From contig JBILLK010000026.1 of assembly GCA_044376115.1 (NCBI GenBank), positions 64,001-128,000 on the forward strand: 64,000 nt of DNA, written 5' to 3'. Positions 55,120 to 64,000 of this stretch are shown piece by piece. Position numbers and translations under genes: made by a program. The stretch comes from Polyangiaceae bacterium (GTDB lineage Bacteria; Myxococcota_A; Polyangia; Polyangiales; Polyangiaceae). Under the pieces are notes generated by a model. That model was not told where the DNA came from. It did not search any database and was given only the letters and a program-made list of their open reading frames with translations. Positions within the stretch are counted from its first letter, which is position 1; every line of letters begins with the position of its first letter.

Positions 55120-58100
55120 CGAACCACTCCTTGTGCCGAAGACTTACCGCGCTTGCGCAAGAACGCTGCGGCGCTCAGACCAGCGAGCCAAGCCCACGCC
55201 GAGCCATTGGAACGAAGACCGCCGGGTGCGAGCGAGCAATCTTCGACAGCAGGCGGATCTCCCGGTGGCTCAGCGCACTCATTGTTGGCTTGGCAAACCA
55301 AGCCTTCGACGCAATCGTCGATCGACTCACAACGGTCGAGACAGCGGGCGTTGGCGCAGCGGAAGGGCGCACATTCGCTGGTGCTACCGTCCGGGTTGGT
55401 GAGCGTGTCTTCGTCGGCGCAGGAGGCCTCCTCGACCACGGCGCAGGTACCATCCACGCGACAAATCGCCTGGCCCGCGCACTCCTCGGAGGTCTCACAC
55501 GACTCGCGGCAGCGTTCGCCGTTGCCGTCACAGTCGTAGTCCCCACACTCGAGCTCGCCGGCCTCGCAAACACCGTTCGGCCCGCACAGCCCCGAGGACT
55601 GGATGCCCGCGCTGCAGGTGGCGTCGGAGCAGACCTGCTCCGGGTCGTAATCACATTCATCGGCCTGCGAGCCGCAGACACCGGCACAACCGTTCTCGCC
55701 TGGGCAAGGACCGCGGTCACCCACCGGTGCGCCTTGAGCTTGTGAGCACGTACCTTCGAAGCCGGGCAGGTTGCAGGCCTGACAGATGCCATCGCAGGAC
55801 GATGAGCAGCAGAAGCCGTCGACACAATCCCCCGATTCACACTGACGATCCCGATCGCAAGTCCCGCCAGTGGCCTTCTGCTCCACGCAGGCGTTCGCAT
55901 TGCAGAAGAAGTCCTCGGAGCACTGATTGTCCTGCTGGCAGTTGGTCCTGCAGGTGATCTCATCCGCCGCGCATACGTAGCCGTTGCAGGAGTCGATGCC
56001 GTCGACGCTGATCTGACCGAGCTGACAGACGAGCTCCAAGACCACGGCCTCGGTGCACTGCGTGCCGAACGGCGCGTCATTCGGTCGCACGCCACACTCG
56101 CCTTGCGCGAGATTGCTGTCGGCGTGGTCGGCTTGGTAACAAGAGCTGCAACCGTCGGTGCAGGACTCATTGCAGCAGATGCTCGGCCCGTTGTTGGAGT
56201 AGCAGTTGTTGAACAAACACTCGCCGTCTTGGTCGCACGGATCACCGTTCAAACGCGCGAGGAACTCGGCTTGGATGGCGGCCGAGACATCGACCGCGCC
56301 GGTGCCCGGCGAATCCGGCGTACCACCAACACCGCCGCCAATCACGATCGCCTTACCGGAGATCAGCCGCGTGGCCGTGTGGAAGTTGCGCGCCTTCTTC
56401 ATCGTGGTGGAAAGCGCATCGACGAAGTCCCCCGTGGTCTGATCGAACACCTCGGCGTTGCTCAGCACCGAGCTCGCGTTGACGCCGCCAGTGATCAGTA
56501 CCTTGCCCTCTCCGAGCAGCTTGGTCGCACCGTGGAAGGCGCGCGGGTTCAACATCGTCACCGAGGTCTGCACGAAGGTGCCGGCAGCTCCGTTGGGCTG
56601 GAAAAGATCGATGGTTTGGGAGTAGAGACCGGCTGCGTTTTTGCCGCCGACGATCAACACGCGACCGTCCTCGAGCAGCGTGGCGGTGGCGCCGACGCGC
56701 ACCGCCGAGAGCTGGGAGTTGGGTCCGCTGAGCGCGGTGAAGCTGTCGGTGGTTGGATCGAAGATTTCAGCAGACTGCTCGGCTCCGAGCGTGCCGAGCC
56801 CGCCTGCCACGAGCACGCGCGGGTTGGCGCCAACAACGCCCGGGACGCCGAGCGCCTCCGCCACGTGGAAGCGGCGCCGCTTGTTGTTGGCCAGCGGGAT
56901 CGGCGCAGAGAGCGCATTGGTGACCGGGTTGTAGACCTGAGCGGAGCTGGGGCTGTTGCCGTCTTCACCGCCGATCACCAGCACGCGACCGTCAATGAGG
57001 AAGGTGCTGGAGTGACCGAAACGCCCGGCCGAAAGCGAGAAGGGCACACTGTCGAAGGTGCCGGTAGCAACGTCGAAGATACTGACCACGTTGGACGCGA
57101 CGTTGGAGGCCCGCGTATCGCGACCACCGGTCAAGAGCACCTTGTTGACGCCGGGCAGGAAGGTCTCGGCGTGTTGGCCGCGCGCGTTCGGCATCGAAGC
57201 GCCGACCGCGAACGATACACCGCCCGGGCAGATGTTGGTCTCTGGGCAGAGCAGCTCGGTGGGCGCGACGGCGAGGCCGCTATTGCTCGCGTCGAAACCA
57301 CCGGCGACGAGCACGGTGCCGTCGTCGAGCGAGGTGGAGGTGTGGTGCGTTCGCGCGGTGGCCATCACGGCGGTGACCTGCCAATCGGGGTCCACCAGCA
57401 CCGGATGAGGCAGCGCGGTGTCGTAGGAGATGACCACCTCGCACGAGCTCGCTCCGGGCGAAGTCAGCGGGCGGCCCCAGGGAGCACGCACGTCGCGATC
57501 CACCGCGCAGCCGTGCACGGTGGTCGTCGCCGGGCTCACCCGACCGTCCGCATCCACCACGAACGGCGCGGCGATACGAACGCGGGGAGCCCCGTGTGCG
57601 TCCAAAAATTCGACCACGCCGGAGACCTGCCGCAAGCCGGCGATGCCCTCGAGCTCCACCGTGTAACGCAAGCCGTCTTGCAGCGCCGCTTCAGCGATCA
57701 CGAAGTCTTCAACGCCCGCTGGTTGGGCGACCAAAAAGCGCTGGGCCGCCTTGGCGATGCCCGCGTCCATCAGCAAAACACCGTCCTCGAGCGCGGGCGG
57801 CTGCACGTCACCAGCAGCAGCTTCGGCCAGCCGGAAGCTCACGCTTGAGCCGCTTTGCTTGTGACGCAGGCTGGTGGTGGTTCCTTGACTGCGCACCTGG
57901 AACAGCGAGCTATCCCACGCAAACCCCGTCGTCTGACGCGACCACTCTCCGCTCGATCGCAAGAGCGCTGCACCGAAGCGGGTGCGCGCGTTCGCTAGAG
58001 CCTCCGCAGTAGCTTCGTTGGGAAGCGAGGGGGGAGCACCTGTTCCGTCGGGCAGCTCCGAATCAGGCTCACAACCCGAAAGCGAGAGCAGCCCGAGAGC

Positions 58101-58172
58101 AACTCCGAGCGGCCGAAAGAAAGCAACCGGGGACAACGGCGCAGAAGCTGAGATCCGAGTGATGAATCGCAC
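55116..58172 (-). CDS. kelch-repeat surface protein with Cys-rich stalk and MYXO-CTERM
   Basis: LSGC; repeated R..H.AT.L.DG.VL..GG; C.DG.CC...C.G.C; DCS..hydrophobic helix..RKRGK; 4-bp overlap with downstream gene. Confidence 0.9.
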   Translation of the reverse strand: MRFITRISASAPLSPVAFFRPLGVALGLLSLSGCEPDSELPDGTGAPPSLPNEATAEALANARTRFGAALLRSSGEWSRQTTGFAWDSSLFQVRSQGTTTSLRHKQSGSSVSFRLAEAAAGDVQPPALEDGVLLMDAGIAKAAQRFLVAQPAGVEDFVIAEAALQDGLRYTVELEGIAGLRQVSGVVEFLDAHGAPRVRIAAPFVVDADGRVSPATTTVHGCAVDRDVRAPWGRPLTSPGASSCEVVISYDTALPHPVLVDPDWQVTAVMATARTHHTSTSLDDGTVLVAGGFDASNSGLAVAPTELLCPETNICPGGVSFAVGASMPNARGQHAETFLPGVNKVLLTGGRDTRASNVASNVVSIFDVATGTFDSVPFSLSAGRFGHSSTFLIDGRVLVIGGEDGNSPSSAQVYNPVTNALSAPIPLANNKRRRFHVAEALGVPGVVGANPRVLVAGGLGTLGAEQSAEIFDPTTDSFTALSGPNSQLSAVRVGATATLLEDGRVLIVGGKNAAGLYSQTIDLFQPNGAAGTFVQTSVTMLNPRAFHGATKLLGEGKVLITGGVNASSVLSNAEVFDQTTGDFVDALSTTMKKARNFHTATRLISGKAIVIGGGVGGTPDSPGTGAVDVSAAIQAEFLARLNGDPCDQDGECLFNNCYSNNGPSICCNESCTDGCSSCYQADHADSNLAQGECGVRPNDAPFGTQCTEAVVLELVCQLGQISVDGIDSCNGYVCAADEITCRTNCQQDNQCSEDFFCNANACVEQKATGGTCDRDRQCESGDCVDGFCCSSSCDGICQACNLPGFEGTCSQAQGAPVGDRGPCPGENGCAGVCGSQADECDYDPEQVCSDATCSAGIQSSGLCGPNGVCEAGELECGDYDCDGNGERCRESCETSEECAGQAICRVDGTCAVVEEASCADEDTLTNPDGSTSECAPFRCANARCLDRCESIDDCVEGLVCQANNECAEPPGDPPAVEDCSLAPGGLRSNGSAWAWLAGLSAAAFLRKRGKSSAQGVVR

Positions 58173-58283
58173 GCGACGAAGCTATCAGATCGACAGCAAT
58201 CGTTTGCCAATTACCTGGCGAACAGGAATGATGGGCCGATGAACCTCGGCTCCTTGCGGGCCGGGTCTTGAAGGAGCTTCTTC

Positions 58284-61200
58284 ATGCGACGCCTACGCCA
58301 CAGCCTCGCGGGCAGCGGTCTGCTCACGGCATTCGTTGGGATCTTCACACTCGCTGGCTGCGACGAGTCGGCGAGCCAACCCGAGGACCTCGCTGAGCAG
58401 GTTGAACCCGGCGCTCGTTTGCCAGCGGGTGAAGAGGTCAAGCAGCCGTCGCTCAGCCCGGCTGAGGTTGCTACCAACGTCGCTCCCAAGCCGAAGACCA
58501 ATACGTCCTTGCCCGAGCCGCCCCAGGTCAACGCCGTGCTTGGTGCCGCTTGCGTGACCAACGCGGACTGCCCCGGCGCCTGCGAGGTCTGCGATACCGT
58601 CACCACCAACACCTGCGTTGCAAGGCCGGCCAGCTTCGAGTGTCGCGCCAGCGCTGGCGCCTGTGACGTCGCCGAGAACTGCTCCGGAGCCTCGGCAACT
58701 TGCCCCGCCGATACCTTCGTCGCCGCATCCACCGAGTGCCGCGCCAGCGCGGGCGCTTGTGACGTCGCTGAGGTTTGCTCCGGCGCAGGGCCCACCTGCC
58801 CCGCAGACGTTCTCGCGCCCGCGGCTACCCAATGCCGCGCCGCCGCCGGAACTTGTGACGTCGCCGAGGTATGCAACGGTGCATCGCCCACCTGCCCCGC
58901 AGACGTTCTCGCGCCTGCCGCTACTCAATGCCGCGCCGCTGCGGGGGATTGCGACGTCGCCGAGGTATGCAACGGTGCATCGCCCGCCTGCCCCACAGAC
59001 GCTCTCGCGCCTGCCGCTACTCAATGCCGCGCCGCTGCGGGGGATTGCGACGTCGCCGAGGTATGCAACGGTGCATCGCCCGCTTGCCCAGCCAACGGCT
59101 TTGTGGCCGCCGCAACGCAATGTCGAGCCAGCGCCGGAGATTGCGACGTCGCCGAGGTATGTAGCGGCTCAGCAGCCGCCTGCCCGGCGGACGGATTTGC
59201 TTCCGCCGTAACCCAATGCCGCGTGGCCGCTGGCCCGTGCGACGTCCCAGAGAATTGCAACGGCACAACGGCTACCTGCCCGACCAACGGCTTCGCTTCC
59301 GCTGCAACCGAGTGTCGCGCCGCCACCGGCCTGTGCGACGTCGCCGAGAATTGCACCGGCTCCGCCGCCACCTGCCCCAACAACGGCTTCGCTTCGGCAG
59401 CCACGGTTTGTCGAGCCTCGGCAGGCCCTTGCGATCTCAGCGAGACCTGCCCCGGCAACAACGCCAACTGCCCGGCCAACAATTTCGTCACAGGCGGGAC
59501 CGAATGCCGGGCCTCCGCAGGAATCTGCGACGTGGCGGAGGTTTGCAGCGGCTCGACGGCGCCCTGCCCCACCGATGTCTTCCTCGCCTCCGGAACCATC
59601 TGTCGCGCGGATGTTGGCGCCTGCGACATCGTTGAAGAATGCACCGGCAGCGCAGCCACCTGCCCAGCGGATGTGGTCGAGCCTTCAACCACGCAATGCC
59701 GCGCATCAGGCGGTGTGTGTGACGTCGCTGAGTTCTGCAACGGCACCACCAACGCCTGCCCTGGCAACGCCTTCCAGCCCGCGAGCACCGAGTGCCGCGC
59801 CTCTGCAGGCCCGTGCGATCTGGCCGAGAACTGCAGCGGCAGCGGCGCTGCCTGCCCGGCCAACGTCTTTAGGCCCTCAAGCTTTCAGTGCGGCAGCTCC
59901 TCGGGTCTATGCGATCTCGACGACTTCTGCACCGGCAGCACCGCCCCCTGCAACGACGCGCTGCGCCCGGCGAGCTTCGAGTGCCGCATGGAAGCCGGCG
60001 TGTGCGACATCTCCGAGTTCTGCACCGGAAGCGGCAAACAATGCCCGACCGACGCTCGCGAGCCTGCCACAACCGTCTGCCGCATCTCGGCGCAACAATG
60101 CGACCAGACCGAAAACTGCGATGGCACCGGGGTGAACTGCCCCACCGACATCCCCGTTCCGTTCGGCACCGCTTGCAATGATGGAGACAACATCTGTACG
60201 CCGACCGACGCCTGCGAGGACTTCGTCTGCGTCGGCGCCGATGTGGACGACGACACCATCGGTGACGCCTGCGACAACTGCCTGAACACCCCCAACACCA
60301 ACCAAGCCAACCCGGACATGGATCTGTTCGGGACGGCTTGTGACAACTGCCCCAACAACTCCAACTCGGATCAGTCGGACGTGGACGGGGATCTCGACGG
60401 CGACGTATGTGACAACTGCCCCAATACGCCCGACGACACGCAGCTCGACACCGATGGCGACAACCGCGGCGACGTCTGCGACAACTGTCCGAACGACGAC
60501 AACTTCGATCAGGCGAACAACGACGGGGACACGCAAGGGGACGTCTGCGACAACAACGACGACAACGACGCTGTGCCGGACGCGACCGACAACTGCCAGT
60601 TCATCGCCAACGATCAGAGCGATCTCGACATGGACGACGTCGGCGATCTTTGTGATCCCGACATCGACGGCGACGGGCTCTCCAACACGCTGGAGGAGAA
60701 CTTCCTCAACACCAACCCGCTCAACACCGACACCGACGGTGATGGCATCCCCGACGACTACGAGGTTGGTGCAGATACAGCGAACCCGCTGCAATCGGAC
60801 AACGACGGGACGATCGACGCGCTCGACCAAGACAGCGACAACGACACCCACAGCGACTCGGAAGAGAGCGGCGGAGTGTTCCCGCCGATCGACACCGACG
60901 ACGACGGCATCGACAACTACCGCGACCTCGACTCCGACGGCGATGAGGACCTCGATGCGGTGGACAACTGCATCTTGTTCTTCAATCCCAACCAGGAGAA
61001 CAGCGACAAGAACCCCGCGGGAGACGCCTGCCAAGACGACATCGACGGGGACACCTTCCAGGACGACGTCGACAACTGCCCCACCGTCTTCAACGACCAG
61101 ACCGACACCGATGGCGATCTCGAGGGCGATGCCTGCGATGCCGACGACGACAACGACGGCGTGCTCGACCTCGAGCCCGACAACTGTCCGCTCCAAGCCA

Positions 61201-61793
61201 ACGACGAACAACTCGACCTCGACAAGGATGGCCTCGGCGACGTTTGCGACGACGATGATGACGACGACGGTGTGAACGACCTCGAGGACAACTGCCCCGA
61301 GCTCGCCAACGACCAGGCCGACATCGATGAAGACGGCATCGGCGATGCCTGCGACAGCAACAACGACGCTGACGCAGACAAAGACGGCGTCCTCGATGAC
61401 GTGGACAACTGCGTGGACGACGCGAACACCGAGCAAGAAGACAAAGACAAGGACAACATCGGGGACGCTTGCGACCCCGACAACGACAACGACGGCACCA
61501 ACGACGACGTCGACAATTGCCCGGAGCTCGCCAACGCCGACCAGCTCGACACCGACAAGGACGAGATCGGTGACCTTTGCGACAACGATGACGACGGTGA
61601 CGGCAAAGATGACGCTGACGACGAGTGCCCGCTCGACGTCGATCCCAACTGTGGTGGCAAGCCCACCGTCCCCGGCGAGGGTGGCGGCTGCAATTGCGCA
61701 ACCACCGGCAACGGAACCACTGGCGGCTTCTTGCTAGCGCTCGGGTTGGCGCTCGCGTTCGCTTCGCGACGTCAGCGCCGCCGAGCTGCGTGA
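58284..61793 (+). CDS. disintegrin-like repeat and thrombospondin type-3 repeat surface protein with MYXO-CTERM
   Basis: RBS aaggag; LAGC; 16x ~32-aa CR.A.G.CD.AE.C.G....CP; many DNCP...N.DQ.D.D.DG.GD.CD; GGGCNC..LL..RRQRRR. Confidence 0.92.
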   Translation: MRRLRHSLAGSGLLTAFVGIFTLAGCDESASQPEDLAEQVEPGARLPAGEEVKQPSLSPAEVATNVAPKPKTNTSLPEPPQVNAVLGAACVTNADCPGACEVCDTVTTNTCVARPASFECRASAGACDVAENCSGASATCPADTFVAASTECRASAGACDVAEVCSGAGPTCPADVLAPAATQCRAAAGTCDVAEVCNGASPTCPADVLAPAATQCRAAAGDCDVAEVCNGASPACPTDALAPAATQCRAAAGDCDVAEVCNGASPACPANGFVAAATQCRASAGDCDVAEVCSGSAAACPADGFASAVTQCRVAAGPCDVPENCNGTTATCPTNGFASAATECRAATGLCDVAENCTGSAATCPNNGFASAATVCRASAGPCDLSETCPGNNANCPANNFVTGGTECRASAGICDVAEVCSGSTAPCPTDVFLASGTICRADVGACDIVEECTGSAATCPADVVEPSTTQCRASGGVCDVAEFCNGTTNACPGNAFQPASTECRASAGPCDLAENCSGSGAACPANVFRPSSFQCGSSSGLCDLDDFCTGSTAPCNDALRPASFECRMEAGVCDISEFCTGSGKQCPTDAREPATTVCRISAQQCDQTENCDGTGVNCPTDIPVPFGTACNDGDNICTPTDACEDFVCVGADVDDDTIGDACDNCLNTPNTNQANPDMDLFGTACDNCPNNSNSDQSDVDGDLDGDVCDNCPNTPDDTQLDTDGDNRGDVCDNCPNDDNFDQANNDGDTQGDVCDNNDDNDAVPDATDNCQFIANDQSDLDMDDVGDLCDPDIDGDGLSNTLEENFLNTNPLNTDTDGDGIPDDYEVGADTANPLQSDNDGTIDALDQDSDNDTHSDSEESGGVFPPIDTDDDGIDNYRDLDSDGDEDLDAVDNCILFFNPNQENSDKNPAGDACQDDIDGDTFQDDVDNCPTVFNDQTDTDGDLEGDACDADDDNDGVLDLEPDNCPLQANDEQLDLDKDGLGDVCDDDDDDDGVNDLEDNCPELANDQADIDEDGIGDACDSNNDADADKDGVLDDVDNCVDDANTEQEDKDKDNIGDACDPDNDNDGTNDDVDNCPELANADQLDTDKDEIGDLCDNDDDGDGKDDADDECPLDVDPNCGGKPTVPGEGGGCNCATTGNGTTGGFLLALGLALAFASRRQRRRAA
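58857..59090 (+). repeat. near-identical 96-bp tandem repeats within the disintegrin array
   Basis: Units start at 58857, 58953, 59049 and share synonymous codons (gta tgc aac ggt gca tcg). Confidence 0.9.
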
Positions 61794-61835
61794 TTGCCTC
61801 CTTCACGACCTGTTGACGAAGAGACCAACTGCACG

Positions 61836-63647
61836 ATGTGTTCGAAAGCGTTACGACGTTCCTTGGGCATCCTCTCGATCGGCACCGCGCTCGCTGCGAC
61901 GAGCGCGGCCTCAGCCCAGGAGGTGGGTGGGCTCGCCCTGAACCAACTCGATCCAGCGTCGGCGGGCGATGACTTCATCGCGGTGAACGGCGCACAGACC
62001 GACGGCCATTTGGTACCGCGTGCTCATCTGTTGTTCGACTACGCGATCGAACCGCTCTCGCTTTCGAGCGGCGCGCTCGTCTCCGACCAAGCCTTCTTGC
62101 GCTTCAACGGTTCGCTCACCTTGTTCAACCACCTGCTCATCGGCGTCGATGTGCCGGTGGCGCTATTGCAAGACGGCGATGACCCGCAGGTGGGGCTGTT
62201 GACGTTGCAGAGCCCGAGCGGCGTGGAGATGGGCGACGTTCGCTTGGATGTACGCGCCAATTTGTACGGCGCTTACCGGGATCCGCTGCAGCTCGCGCTC
62301 GGCAGCCGCATCTACTTTCCCACCGGCGGCTCCGACACGCTCACGAGTGACGGTGTGCCGCGCGTCGAACCGATCGGGAGCGTGGCTGGCCGCATCGGGG
62401 GCGAGACGTCCTTCCTTTACGGTGCGCACTTCGGCTGGATGATGCGCGGGCCGCAGGTCCCGCATAGCGTCGCGTACGGTGCGGGCGCTGGGCTTTCGCT
62501 GCTGGATGACGGCCTGCAGTTCAACGCGGAGCTGTTTGGATCGACCTTCATCGGCAGCAAAGAGCCGCTCGATACCGACATCGTGACGATCGCAGCGCCC
62601 ACGCGGACGTCGCTCGAGTTCCTCGGATCGGCCAAGGTTCGCGTCCTCGGCGGGGTCGTGTTCGGCGCCGGCGCGGGGCCGGGCATCACCGACGGCATCG
62701 GAACCCCGACCGCACGCGTGATTGGCTTCGTTGGCTGGGCGCCGATGCCCGAGCGCGACCGCTCCGATGAGGATGACGACGCCGACGGCGTAAAGAATGG
62801 CGTGGACGCCTGCATCGGCACCCCCGGCGTAAGCTCCGACGATCCGCGCAAGAACGGCTGTCCGCCTCCGGATCGCGACAACGACAAGATCAGCGACGCG
62901 CTCGACGCGTGCCCCAGTCTGCCCGGCCGGCCCAACGCCGATCCGACGCGCAACGGCTGCCCCGCGGACTACGACCGCGACGGCATCGCCGATGTCGATG
63001 ACGCCTGCCCCAATCAAAAGGGCGTCGCGAGCGTGGAGGCCGCACGCAACGGCTGCCCCGGCGAGCAAGACAGCGATCTCGACGGCGTGGCCGATCGCGA
63101 GGACGCCTGCCCGAAGCAAAAGGGCTCGCGCAACATGGACCTGGCCAAGAACGGTTGCCCCACGCTCGACGGCGACAAGGACGGCATCGCCGACCTCGAG
63201 GACGCTTGCCCGAACGAGAAGGGCCTCGCCAACGCGGACAAATCGAAGAACGGCTGCCCGAAGGACGTGCGCGTCCAACAAGGGGAGATCGTCATTCTCC
63301 GCCAGGTTCGCTTCAAGGTTGGAGAGAGCTCCTTGAACGAGACGGTGGATCCGGTTTCGGATGACCTTCTAACCGAGGTCCGCAACGTGATCCTCGAGCA
63401 CCCGGAGATCGAGAAGATCGAAGTGCAAGGCCACGCCGACGACACCGGCACCAAAGAGTTCAACGAGTCCCTGGCGCAACAACGTGCAGAGGCCGTACGC
63501 AGGTGGCTCGTGTCCAAGGGCATCGACGCCAAGCGGCTAGCCGCCAAAGGCTACGGCGCGCGCGTGCCGATCGACTCGAACACGACCGACGAAGGCCGAC
63601 AGAAGAATCGGCGCGTGCAGTTCGTCATTACGCAAACGCGGAAGTAA
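61836..63647 (+). CDS. OmpA-family outer membrane protein with beta-barrel and TSP3 repeats (TraB-like architecture)
   Basis: Signal ASA; DYAIEPL and GDVRL barrel; D.D.DGI.D..DACP...G..NGCP repeats; EVQGHAD..N..LAQQRA..GYG..NRRVQF. Confidence 0.93.
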   Translation: MCSKALRRSLGILSIGTALAATSAASAQEVGGLALNQLDPASAGDDFIAVNGAQTDGHLVPRAHLLFDYAIEPLSLSSGALVSDQAFLRFNGSLTLFNHLLIGVDVPVALLQDGDDPQVGLLTLQSPSGVEMGDVRLDVRANLYGAYRDPLQLALGSRIYFPTGGSDTLTSDGVPRVEPIGSVAGRIGGETSFLYGAHFGWMMRGPQVPHSVAYGAGAGLSLLDDGLQFNAELFGSTFIGSKEPLDTDIVTIAAPTRTSLEFLGSAKVRVLGGVVFGAGAGPGITDGIGTPTARVIGFVGWAPMPERDRSDEDDDADGVKNGVDACIGTPGVSSDDPRKNGCPPPDRDNDKISDALDACPSLPGRPNADPTRNGCPADYDRDGIADVDDACPNQKGVASVEAARNGCPGEQDSDLDGVADREDACPKQKGSRNMDLAKNGCPTLDGDKDGIADLEDACPNEKGLANADKSKNGCPKDVRVQQGEIVILRQVRFKVGESSLNETVDPVSDDLLTEVRNVILEHPEIEKIEVQGHADDTGTKEFNESLAQQRAEAVRRWLVSKGIDAKRLAAKGYGARVPIDSNTTDEGRQKNRRVQFVITQTRK

Positions 63648-63649
63648 TC

Positions 63650-64000
63650 ATGCGCAAAGAACGAGTGGGCGGTCTCTCCGTTTGGATGGCGGGCGGCAGC
63701 GATGGCAATGGCAACGGCGACGGGCCGTCCATCCTCTTGTGTCACGGCTTTGGTGCGCCTGGCGATGATCTAGCGTCGCTGTGGCGAGCCGTGGACGCTG
63801 GTCGAGGCGTACGCTGGTTCTTCCCCGAGGCGCCGGTCTCGCTCGAGGCAATGTTCGGCGCGCCCGCACGGGCCTGGTGGATGATCGATCTAGCGCGGCT
63901 GGATCAAGCGATGCGGTCCGGCCGACGGGATGAGCTCAAGCTCTCGGTGCCTGATGGCATGCTCGAGGCGCGCACGGCGCTCGAGAGCTGCATCGCCGAA
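63650..64000 (+). CDS. phospholipase/carboxylesterase family (3' truncated by window edge)
   Basis: Translation by eye: LLCHGFGAPGDDL..WFFPEAP..RAWW; frame open to window end. Confidence 0.88.
   Translation, partial: MRKERVGGLSVWMAGGSDGNGNGDGPSILLCHGFGAPGDDLASLWRAVDAGRGVRWFFPEAPVSLEAMFGAPARAWWMIDLARLDQAMRSGRRDELKLSVPDGMLEARTALESCIAE

Noticed and set aside
58195..58211. Sigma-54 promoter on the minus strand (TTGGCAAACGATTGCT)
   Set aside because: GG-to-GC spacing is 9 nt rather than the required 10
58635..60170. CRISPR array or DGR template/variable repeats
   Set aside because: In-frame coding repeats with no spacers, no adenine-specific variation noticed, and no cas or RT gene in the window

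Overview
High-GC bacterial chromosomal segment whose gene content points to Myxococcota (Polyangia/Sorangiineae-like; inferred from MYXO-CTERM-like tails, PEGA/TPR proteins, four Hanks-type Ser/Thr kinases and many Gly-linker/Cys-rich lipoproteins). About 47 protein genes are called; no rRNA, tRNA, CRISPR array, transposase, integrase or reverse transcriptase was seen. The window is dominated by cell-surface proteins carrying metazoan-ECM-like modules (disintegrin-like, TSP3, VWA, FG-GAP, LamG, endostatin-like, RCC1, kelch). Most notable observations: (1) a 62-bp inverted-repeat-bounded insert with an AT duplication splits an RCC1-repeat lipoprotein gene, and its removal restores one ORF; (2) a recurring kinase + TPR/PEGA protein with a terminal beta-signal-like end + Cys-rich lipoprotein module; (3) a TraA/TraB-like adhesin-OmpA pair built from 16 disintegrin-like repeats; (4) large proteins with both an N-terminal lipobox and a MYXO-CTERM tail; (5) a structured 420-bp intergenic region. 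All product calls are motif recognition by eye, not database results, and start codons are best guesses.
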